NCBI RefSeq assembly: GCF_018977255.1
Contig: NW_024704742.1
Coordinates: forward strand, 114,640,001 to 114,704,000
Origin: Callorhinchus milii
Lineage: Eukaryota
DNA: 64,000 nt
Direction of reading: 5' to 3'
Shown here: positions 26,201-38,200 of the stretch, piece after piece
Layout of the letters: every line of letters starts with the position of its first letter
How positions within the stretch are numbered: the first letter of the stretch is position 1
The notes under the pieces: model-generated
Seen by the model: only the letters and a program-made list of their open reading frames with translations
The model's database searches: none
What the model was told of the DNA's origin: nothing
Program-made: the position numbers and the translations under genes

Positions 26201-29200
26201 TTGATTTTAAACTCTGTGGCATATGACTTTTAAAAAGAAAATCAGTAACATGATCTTGCCAAAGGTCTATATAGTGCTGCCTCTCCTTTAGCGCTGGTGT
26301 CCTATGGACTCACACTGACAAAGTGCGGCTCACCCGAATTCTGTTGTTGACAAGCAGGCTTCCCACACTAAAAATGTTGCTGAATACAGATAGATGCTTG
26401 CCACAAACATCATTTCCTGCGCTATGGACAGGAAGTATTGCCAATGTTACTTCTTGAAGGAAGAGATGTCAGCGAGGCTTATGCACAGTATTCTCAGGGG
26501 TAACCTGGAGACCCAAGTAGTCAGCCATTCTTTTGTATTTTAACTGCCCACTATAGTCACACAATATGAAAGGTACTAAGCGTAAAGCTGAAAGGAATTT
26601 TTACCCCAAGGTCTATATAGTGTGTATACTAGTTGTGTACATGCTTGTTAGGATTGTATGGCCTTCTTAAAATTCTCATTATCATTAAAATAGGCAAATC
26701 ATCAGAATGGGTTGATGTATTTAACTTCTTTGATGGTCTTCTTGTCTTGCACGTATGATGGTGAAATCTTTCTCTATACTCAGGCTCAAAACCAAACATT
26801 TTTTTTATGGAGACAATTCTTGAACACGTGGCCAAGGCTCTGTCAATGGACCCACTTATAGTGAAGCAGAGGAATTTGTATGCACAAGGAGACATCACTC
26901 CTTTGGGTTTCGCTCTGCCCTACTGCAGTATTCAGGAGCTCTATTCATGTGAGTACCGGACTCTCCCTCAGACATTTTGATTTTAGTGACTACCAAAATG
27001 TAGGAGTCTAAAACCCCACATTCGCACATCAGATGTAATGCATTAGTTGCAATTTCCCGTTTGTAATTCACGCTTTTGAGAATCATAAAACATTTTGTAC
27101 CAACAAAAAAGCTGAAAAAGCTTTAAAGTGTACTCGGAGTCCAACGGTTTGTTAACGGGTCACTCCAACACACAACAACAGCAACAAATATTTATCTATC
27201 ACCGTTCAAGTCGGGAGGATGACCCAAGGCATTGGACATTGAGGGGTGGGGGCTGGAATCAAGAGGGGTGAGAGGCGAAGTGGGTGGAGATGGAAGGATG
27301 ACCAAAGGTACAGTGAAAGCGGAAGGTCTTGAGACCGACCTTGGTTCCAGAGGGTGGGGGTAGAAAAACTGAAGGCCAGACCACCGATGGTGGGGCGGGC
27401 AGGAACATGGAGCAGGTCAGTGCCTGCCGAGCGGAAGGAGAGGGCAGAGTGGTAAGGTTTGCACACTGTAATGTAAGAGGAGAAATAACTGGGACAAATG
27501 GGTTCTAAGAGACCATTCCAGAGAACCATATACCTAGATTTCATCATTCATCAATGCAATCTGCAAAATGTTTGAACTCTTTTAGGTACTTAATCTACTT
27601 AGGCATTATTATTGTTTTGGAGTACTAACCGTATTTGCTGGTGTTACTCTCTTCAGCTCAGTTGACAAAGGTGGACGTGGAGGGACGTATGCAAGCAATT
27701 AACCAGTTTAATGCTGAAAATCGTTGGAAGAAGAAAGGATTAGGAATTGTGCCTCTGAAATATGGCTTAAACTGGAGCTCTGGATACTACCTCTGTGAGT
27801 TCTGTGAGGAAGCACGATACCGACGTAGCTGCTTTATAGTGAATCCTAGGAATGCTCGCGAGGGGAGAATAGAGATGTAATTATGTGAAGACGATTGTTT
27901 TCAATAGCTTTATAGAACATGCTGTTTAATGGACATATTGTCAGGCAGCAGTGCGATCTAAGGGATGTTCATAGCTCTCCTACTTTTCTGAAATTTTTTG
28001 TTTTTTTTGTATCTTTTCTGTATTTCAATAGTGAAATACTGACTCGCTGCTCCATAGGGGAGATAATTCCTGCCGTATTTTTAATGAAGCTCCAATAGGT
28101 GGTTCTGGCTGTTCAAGCAGCAGAAAGCTTGTGACACAGTACTCTCAATGTGGTTAAGCTGGAAAATCTCCCGGGGTACCCCAACAAGAACAAGTAGCAT
28201 TTTATACATTTCACGTATAGTTTCAAAGTACTTCACAAAGACAACACTGGACACCAAATAAACACTTGACATGTTTTACATGTGTTAGGAGCGCCACCTG
28301 TCTTCAGAGTGAAGTAAGTAATCCAGATGTGGTCGTGAAAAAGCACTGAGCAGGTATTCATACCACCAGCTGGTGCTGAGCTCACTTGTGATGAAAATAT
28401 CTGGGTTTGATCCTGCTGCCGATTGAATATTTAATGTTTGGGACACAGTATAGTCAGAGATGTAAAGCTACTAGGTTTTCAAAAACTTACCTTAAAAAAA
28501 AGTACAAACTCCACAAACCTTGGCTCTCGCCAACTTGTGACTAATACTTTTCAGAATTAGGTAAACAGATTGTGTGTCTCAGGGGAGAGAGTGCAAGTTC
28601 TGTCCCAGACAAAAGGAAATTTCCAGTTGTTGGTTGCAGGCATATGTGAAACTTTCAGTCAGGTTTAGATACTCTTAAGCTTGGTTTGCATATGTGTCAG
28701 ACAGGCTGCACAAAACTCGCAGGAATTCTAAAGCATCCTGTTAGAAATCCTCACATTTTTGCTGCAGTGTTTCACATGTGTCAGGAGCACCACCTGTCTG
28801 CAAAATGAAGTATTCCAGGCGCGATAGTGAATGAAGTACATGGGTTTGATCCAGCTGGAGATTGAATATTTAATGTGTGGGACACAGTACAGTCAGAGAT
28901 GTACAGCTGAGCTCTGTATCCTTATCCCGGGAGGCAACAAAAGGTGCTGTAATGTGACTTAAAGGTGGCAGTGAGATGTAGCTGGATCAAATTTTCATAG
29001 CTGTCCCAGCCTTAGCAGTCCATAAGATCCACCATCTCACTGGGCTTTCCTAAATACGCTTTAATCACATCACTTTACATCATGGCAGTAAACACTTATC
29101 TTGTATCTGCTCCAGTCCTGCAATGTCTTTAGCCAATGTATATTTCTCCCACAAAAAACAGTCAATGCGCTTTACAGGGTATCCCTGTGAAGGGATTCGA

Positions 29201-32200
29201 GACATCTTACTGACATGAAAGCCACTAATCCAAATGTAAGGATTATTATTACTGTATTTTTAGATAAAGTATAATTATTTGTACCTTTGCTTGTCCTACA
29301 TTATATCTGTGTACCTATCATACGGGGGTTGTTCTAGAGCTTTTTCTAACAGTAATTTATTCATTTCAGGCACAGTTTCAATATTCGCCTCCGATGCAAC
29401 GCTTATCATAACGCATGGTGGAATTGAATCTGGTCAAGGCCTCAATACCAAGGCAAGCTACAGTATTTGTGAAATAATAGATTATTCCTTCACTGTTTTA
29501 GGTTTCTCTTTTATTCTCTCTTTGTTTCGCACCCCTTTCTATCATTGTATCACTATTGCCAGTTAATCTTTTTCCTTTCCCTGTAATCTCTTGCTCTCAT
29601 GTCACAGAAGTGGGCCACATGGTACAATCCCATTCACCATTGCTCGGTAGTTGTCAGCTTGGCTCACTGCCTCAGTTGGGTTCATGCCTCACTTTGGGCT
29701 TGTGACACTCATGACATTCCAGTGCAGTTGTGGTCAGGTGTTGTCCTTCAGACGGCATGTTATCCCTGTGCCTTTCAGGCAGATATTAAAGTGTGCACTA
29801 TTTGGAAAGAGAAGGAAGTTTCTCCCGGTGTTCAAACCAACAGTTCTCCAGATAAATTTGCGCTTCATGGCTGTTTGTGGGAGATTGCTGTGCTCTAATT
29901 GTTGCCACGTTCACTCCAAAAACACAGTCTTTACAATAAAGTCCTTTGAGACCTTTGGACTACATGTTAAGGTGCTATATCAAATGCTTTGATCATTATT
30001 ATTGAGATATTTGCAAAGGAGAAAGCTTAATTGTGGTCCACAATAGTCTAAAAGGAAACCATAATAAGGTTCTGAAGTGCAGGGTCACAAATGTATCACA
30101 TTTACTGACATGGTAGCTCAAGCTAAAATCAGTTTTGCTCACGTATCTAAACACATAGGTAGCACATAGATCTGCTCTCACTGTACCTCATACCTCTGCT
30201 GTTTTGTCAGCTAGTTTAATTAGAAAACAGATTGGAAGCAGATGTAAAGTGTGATGATGATACAGATTAGAAACTGTCGTGCCACTATACTGGAAATGCA
30301 ATTTTTAAAATAAAAACGTTCTTTTTTCCTCAAGGGTCTTTATTTCCTTCTCCTGGGATACAACTCCATAGGCACTAGCACCCCTCTGGTTCATGTATTT
30401 ACAGCATTTGTGAGCCGTGGCATTGAGTGTTGACTGGTTATTTGTTGGCAATGGGCATCAAATTCACACGAAGCTCCAGCGGAGGTCTTGGGATAGTGAT
30501 GAAGAATGGGAACAACTGGATGATTTTCCCTGTTCTAACGCAGAGATGCTGGGTACAATTTTTGTGCCCCAACTGCTGTCCTAGCAGAGATCAGTTTACT
30601 GAATGAATACAGATTCAATTCGATGGATTACAACCAACACATCACCTGTAGGGTAAAGCTAACCTCTCTCACGGTAGTCTCAATTCAGCTCACATTCTCT
30701 GTTAATGGGTGAACAATCCAATACTTAATTCTACTTCACAGTTATAATAATAATCCTTGCATTTGATATTGCGCCTTATCACATCGTTGAGACGTCTCAA
30801 AGTTCTTCACACAATATATTGTAAAGTATTGTAAATATATTGACTGTGATCACAAACATTCGTAAATTGAGTGACCAAATTATTATTTTTGGGGGAGGGA
30901 TTATTACCCCCAGAAAACGATCCGCTAATTGACTAACAATCAGGTTCCTACTTACTGCTAGATAAACTGAGCCATCTGGAGTATCTTATATGGTAAGAAG
31001 AGTCGACTTCAAAGGATCAGAAAGCATTGTTGGTATGAATCCTTGGCCACCACAAGCCAGTTATCCCTGTGCTAACTTTTCTGACATCTCCTGCTTAAAA
31101 CCCCAAAAGCCAGAAGGATCGTGGTCCTGTAAACCTCTGACCTATATTGTGATGTTTTGTCCACAAAATACACAGTCAAACCACTTTACGGTATATCCTG
31201 TGAAATACTTTGAGACGACTCGACAATGTGATAAGGCACTATATCAAATGCAAGGATTATTACAGTATTAATATAAATTTCTGATGAATTGCAATATATT
31301 GTTGAACAAGTCTAAATATATAGAAAGTTGTGGTCAGTATTGTATTATGTTTTACCGTTTCTACTTTGTTGCTAAATTGCACTGTTTTATTTAAATTGTC
31401 TATTTCTATTTCCTTTTGTAAATCAGGTTGCTCAAGTGTGTGCCTATTCACTGGGAATTCCCATTGAGTACATCTCCATCAAGAAAACCACCACTGTGAG
31501 CAGCCCCAATTCCGCTCCAACTGGCGGCAGCATCACCAGTGAACTGAATTGCATGGTAAAATTTGGTATTATTCTCATTAACTATTCATCAAAAATGTGT
31601 CTGTTAACATTTTACAGCTGTATCGAAAAAAGAAACTTGTATTTTTACAGTGCCTTTTTATGTCAGGAACATAGTAAAGCAAGAAACAGGAGATCGTTCA
31701 ACCCATCAAGTCTGCTCTGCCAGTTTAGTAGATCTTGGCAGATATTTTAATCCTAATGCCATGCCCTATGCTGCTTACAACACAGAAATTTTGCTGTGTC
31801 CTGAGTGGAATGCACATTCTCTCCCTGGAGGGACATACCCTGATTACCTAATTCCAGAGAATATTGTATGGAATCCTGTAGCTCAGTGGTTAGAGCATTC
31901 GCCTCGCAAGCTAAAGACCTGGGTTCGATTCCTGGCAGGGCGAAATGTTAGGCAAGTTTCCTTACTCCACACACCTCTGTTTACCTAGCATTAAGTAGGA
32001 ACCCAGTTAGTCGATTGTCGAATCGCTTTTCCGAGGATAATAAGCCCTAAAAAAAAAAAAATTTGGTTACTTAATCCATGACTGTTTGTGGGACACTGTT
32101 GTGCGCAATTGACTGCCACGTTTCACCCACAAATATACAGTCAATTCACTTTACAGTATATTCTGTGAAGCGCTTTGAGACGTCTAGAAGACCTGATAAG

Positions 32201-35200
32201 GCCCTATATCAAATGCAAGGATTATTATTAATAGGCTCAGGTTGGCAAGAACCTTGTGGACCCTAGAGTGCATTGTGGTACTGCTTAAAAACATAAGAAT
32301 TTGCTAGGCGAAAGAAGAACAAGGTCCATCTAGTTCACCTTCCACCATTCTGGCAGTCACTTGATATGTCGTGTCCCAAACTTTACACTGAATCCCGAGA
32401 TATTATTTTCTAGCAGAAATCTATCTAATTTGTTCTTGAAGCAAATTACATTTTCTGCTCCACTGTATCCCTGGGGAGCCTGTTCCTTAAGTTTTGTACT
32501 CTCTCGCTGAAGTAATCTTTCCACTTTGTTCTGAAATTACACCTCTTCAGTCCTAGGTGGTGTCTTCTGGTTCTACTGTTCAGTACAAGACACAACAGCT
32601 TGTCATGGTCTATATTATCTATTCCTTTCAGGATCTTTAAAGACCGTAATCATATTGCCCCTCAACTTACTCTTCTCCACTGGGAACATGCCCAGTTTAT
32701 CTAATCACCCCTTGTAGTCCATTCCCGCCATCCCTCAATCATTTTGGTTGCCCCCGTCAATTGGCTTAATATTACCCTTTCAATACAACCCAGCATCTGG
32801 TTTGCCTTACTCACTGCTACCGAACACTGTTGGGATACCTTCATTTTATTATCAATCAGGAGGCCCAGGTCCTTTTCATTTTCCATACAGATTATTTTCT
32901 TACCATTTAAATAATAGTCCCTTCCTGGACTTTTTTTCTCATTGTGAACCACCTTGCATTTCTCTACATTAAATTTCATCTGCCATCGATCTGCCTAAAT
33001 CCCAAGAATGTTCAAGTCCTCCTGTAACCTATCCTATTCATCTTTGCAGTCTAACAGCTTCATTATGGGATTACGGCGTTCACCTTGATTACGGGAACTC
33101 CCTCCTCATCGGCCATCACAATGGCCTTCACAGCTTCCCTTCACAAGCTGCAGATCATCCAAAACTCTGCAGCTCAGGTACTCTCATGTACCAGGCTCCG
33201 TGACCCCATCACTCCCACCCTCGCCCGACTCCACTGGCTCTCCAGCCTCCAGAGGATCGAGTTCAAGACCTCTGTTCTCACCTTTAAGACCATCCATGAC
33301 CTTGCCCCCTCCTACTTCTCTGACCTGCTGACTCCCTATCAACCTGCCCGCGCTCTCCTTTCAGCGGGCTCCGGTTTACTCCATGTCTTCCGCCGACCCG
33401 CCCTACCATCGGTGGCCGGGCTTTCAGCCTCTCTGCCCCCACACTCTGGAACTCCATCCCACGGTCCCTTCACCTCACTTCCTCCCTTGCCTCCTTCAAG
33501 GCTGGTCTCAAGACCCTTCTCTTCGACCGTGTCTTTGGTCGCCCTCCTACCTCTCTGCCTTCCCCACCCCTGCACCACCCTCCCCCATGCTCGGGCCCCG
33601 ACACCTAACTATTCAGTGCTTTGGGACATCCTCCCGACGTGAAAGGTGCTCTATAAATGTAATTTTCTTGTTGTTGTTCATTAGCTTGTTATCTGCAAAT
33701 TTAGCCACTGTGCTTGTGACTCCTAGCTCCAGATTATTTATGAAGATGTTAAATAAAATGTTACTCCTCTGGTAACATTCTCCCAGCCTGATGACATTCC
33801 ATGAACCACCATCTTCTGGGTTCTATTGGTCAATGATGAATCCATTGCAAGATACTGCCTCTAATTCCCACTTTCTTTATTTTCAGTACTAGCCTTTCAT
33901 GAGGAACTGTATCAAAGGCCTTACTGAATCAAAATATACAACATCCACTGCCATACCCTTGTCAAGCTCCTTTGTCACACAGTCAAAAAAAAACAGTAAA
34001 TTAGTTTAGCGGGATCTCCACTTCATAAACCCACATTGGTTATCTTTTATCATTTTATTACTGTCCAGATGCTCCATGATCTTATTTTTAACAAGTATCT
34101 CCGTAACATTACCCACAATGTTCGTCAAACTCACTGGTCTGTAGTTTTTTTGGTCATTTTTGTTACCTTTTTTAAAAATAGGAGTAACATCTGCCTTTCT
34201 CCAGTCCCCAGGTACCTCTCCAGTGATTTCTGAAAGATTTGTGCCAGAGTTCCTGCAATTTCCTCCCTTAGTTCCTTAAGGATCCTCAGATGCAATTTAT
34301 CTGGCCCCTGAGATTTGCTTACCTTAAGTTTGCACAGTTGTTTGGCAACCATGCTGGTAGTGATATGTAGAGTGTCACAACTTGCCTCTGCAACACCACT
34401 GTGTTCTCTTTACAGATCCAATAAATTTCCCATCTCCTCTTTACAAAAACTGAGGCAAAAAACTTAATTTAATACTTCTGCAAGCCTGTGTAGCATCATT
34501 TGTCAAATCCTCACCCGATTCCATCTTTAATGGCCCTATTCCATCCCTCCTTTCTCTTTTTCTCTTTCTCTTAATGTAACTGAAAAACTTTTTATTGTTG
34601 TCCTTCACATCTCTTGCCATGTTCAGTTAAAACATTTTCTTTGCCATTCAGATACCTTTCTTGCAATCCTGGCATGCTTCTGGTATTGAGTACGTCTTTC
34701 CTCTGTGCTATTTTCCTTCATGGCCTTAAATGCCTTTTTTTTCTCCTCTTTATAAGTTGTTTTGTGGCCGTCCACCCAGATAGGAGTGAGTATCTTTAAA
34801 GCTTGGTACATTTGCTTGGTACCATTGCATTCCGAATCACCTCATTGAATGAGCTCCATGGTTCCTCTGCTCCCTTAGTTATGTTTAAACCTGCCAGGCC
34901 TGCTCTGATGAGACTTCTCAATCACATAAAATTGGTCTTCTTAAAATTTGGTAACTTTGTTTTTGTTTTTATAAGCTCACCAATCCATGTAATACCAAAT
35001 GTGATAACATTATGATCACTGTTGCTTAATCCCTCAACCACCTTTGTGTTGGAGATTTGACCGTCCCTGTTACTCATAACCAAATCCAACATGTTATTTC
35101 CCCTTGTTGGCTCCTTACAAACGGAGTCATAAAATACTCTTCCTTTAACAATAGAAATTCCTTCCCTAGTAGTCTGCTCCTGGTCAGCATCTGATCATGG

Positions 35201-38200
35201 CCGTCAGTGATCTGTTTGAAGCAAACCCAAGCACATCTAAAGGATTAGAGAAACTTTCCTTCATAGTTGAGCACTACCTCTTTGCAAGATAGTGCATTTG
35301 CTCTGAGTAAAGATTGGTAAATCTCGCTTCTTTGCAGGGAGTGCTGCACTGCTGTGAGAAGCTCAAGGAACGCATGAAGCCAGTGAAGGATAAGCTTCCA
35401 CCAGATACATCTTGGAAAGATCTTGTTGCAGCCTGTTTTAATGCTAAAGTGAATTTAACTGCACAAGACTGGTGAGTATTTAAATAGATTGTTTAATCTT
35501 GCCTGAACCTGACTATCAAAGGTTGAGATTTGTTTTATTTGAATTGGTGTAAGATGTGCTGCTCTTAAAAGCAAGCAACTTTTTGGGGACAATGTGGAGG
35601 ATTGCCACCAAGTCCATAGGAGAGTGTACCATTTCAACTCCACTGTTTTGAGCAGTCATTGGTGTTAGAAGGGGCAAGGTGAACTGATCTCAGCTGGGAT
35701 GTCAATGGGGCCATTACAATTCATGTCAGTAACCATGTCACAGTAGAGATTGTGTTTCCTCAGTTCTCAGCCACATAAACCCATGAAGGCAGAGCTTGCC
35801 ATGGTTGGACAGTCACAATGTGGCATCATCAGCACCTGTGAAGGTCTTTGGCCCAGACAGGAATGGCCTCTTGGCTCCTGCAATTATTGGGGTTATGATC
35901 AAACCAATATTACTTTTTATATGCGCAGTAACTACTGACTTAAGATATTCTCCTCTAAAGGCTAAAGCAATTATCAGCAAAAGTTCAGATTTCCATTTTG
36001 TTTTAATTCCAAAGGCCTGGTGTTTCAGGCTTCAGCTTGGGATTCTTTCAAACCGAAATCTGTCCTGTACTCCTCTCCACTCACTGCCTCTCACAGAGAA
36101 GCCCGGTTGAGATAAAAAAAACTTGTCTCATCACGGTTTCTCAGCCTAATGATGTTCCAAGATCAGAGATTATCAGACTACTCGGCCAATTATTGATTAT
36201 TGGAGATAATTTACATCACTATCATCTGATGTGAAGTAGTAAAACAACAACAACAAGATTACATTTGTATAGCGCCTTTCATGTCGGGAGGACGTCCCAA
36301 GGCGCTGGGAATGTATGGTGTTCCCTTCGATGGACAGTCAATATCAGCATCAATAACTTGCATTACAGCACTCTATAGCTAACACTCTCTTCTCGCTAGC
36401 ACTCTTCAAACAAGATAGGGTCTTGGAGCGCTAGACAGACATAATTCTCTCCACACTAAAAATGAGCTACATTGTTTTCAACATTGTGAATAATATTGAT
36501 AGCTTTATCATTGTTCAAGGCTCTTGAGTGTTTCTTTTTTTAAATAATGGTGTGTTGCTTATGTAGGGTGTGGCCTGACGAACAACCTGACAATGGCCCT
36601 CAGTATAACTCATATGGCGTGACTGTGGCAGAGGCTGAACTCGATGTCCTCACTGGAGAGAACCAAATTGTCCAAGTGGATATCCTCTTTGACTGTGGAG
36701 AAAGGTAAAAGAGAAAGAATGGTTGAAATGTGTCAATGTATTAGTACAAACTAGGTTGTGGATGACGTGCCTCAGTCCTTCAGAATTCTCATCAATATCA
36801 GAAATTGGGGTCTGCTTCGAGGCAGTTTAATCTGCTGGTACCTTCCAAGGTGTACAAAATGATGTTTATCTTCAGATTTGTAAACAAAAGTATACGTTTT
36901 AAGTGTCTTATTTAATAAATGAAGTAGCAGAAGAAATAATCTTAGCTTTACATTTTACTCAGAGCTTACTTTGTTTTTTAAACAGTGGATTACATAGAGT
37001 TACCACCATAGAGTGATTATGGCCACGGAAACAGGCCATTCCTCCCAACTAATCCACGCTGGTGTTTATACTCCACACGAGCCCCAACCCCTCCTACTCC
37101 CCTCTCCTATACCCTCTATTCCCTGCTCCTTCATGTATGCATTATTTTTTAAATTATATATATATCTATAATTGTATAATTTTGGAATCCTGTAGCTCAG
37201 TGGTTAGAGCTCTCACCTTGCAAGTGAGAGGATCTGAGTTCAATTCCTGGGCAGGGCAAAATGTTGGGCAAGTTTCCTTACTCCAGACACCTCTGTTTAC
37301 CTAGCAGTAAGTAGGAACCCAGTTGTTAGTCAATTGGCAGATCGCTTTTCCGTGGGTAATAATTCCTTCATAAAAAATAATAATAATTTGGTTACTCAAT
37401 CCAAGACTGTTTGTGGGACACTGTTGTGCAATTGGCTGCTGCATTTCGCCCACAAAATATACAGTCAATTCACTTTACAGTATATTCTGTGAAGCGATTT
37501 GAGATGATTCAAAGATGTGATAAGGCACTATAATAATAATAATCCTTGCATTTGATATAGCGCTTTTCACATCTTCTAGACGTCTCAAAGCGCTTCACAG
37601 AATAGACTGTAAAGTGAATTGACTGTATTTTGTGCTAATAATGCTATATCAAATGCAAGGATTATTATTATTATTTATTAAATGACCTTCTCTTTCTGAA
37701 TAGTGCCATGGGATCTTTAACATCGCATTTTCACATTTGGCAATTTGCAAAGAGCAGCACCTGCTCTGTGTATTAAATGCTTTATTGGCTCAATAAAGTC
37801 TACCACATTTCAAGAATATTTGTGCTGCAGAAATTCATTACAGGATAGTGTTCAATCCATGTAAAAACGACTCAGCCAGTAAATATATGATTGCCCACGG
37901 AAAAGCATTCTGCCAATCAACTAACAACTGGGTTCCTACTTACTGAGAGGTAAATAAAGGCATGTGGCGTAAGGAAATTTGCCCAACATTTCTCCCTGCC
38001 CAGGAATCGAACCCAGGTCCTCTCACTTGTGAGGTGAGTGCTCTAAGCTACAGGACTGCACTAAGTTGGTGTCTTAATTTAAGCATGTTCTGAAGAAGCA
38101 ATGGTTGAGTGGAAGGAGCAGTGTGTGTCAATGTGTGTCAGAAACAGACCTTGGTTTCGGTGTGAGTAATGATCAGGGTTTGTGTGACCTCCTACTGTGG

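Noticed and set aside
30625..31123. Functional rRNA gene
   Set aside because: Short, diverged, SINE-interrupted and intronic; treated as a pseudogene fragment.
5635..35471. About 12 N-X-S/T sequons in the oxidase, hinting at secretion
   Set aside because: With about 60 Asn residues, roughly 8 are expected by chance. The N-terminus is outside the window and the family is cytosolic.
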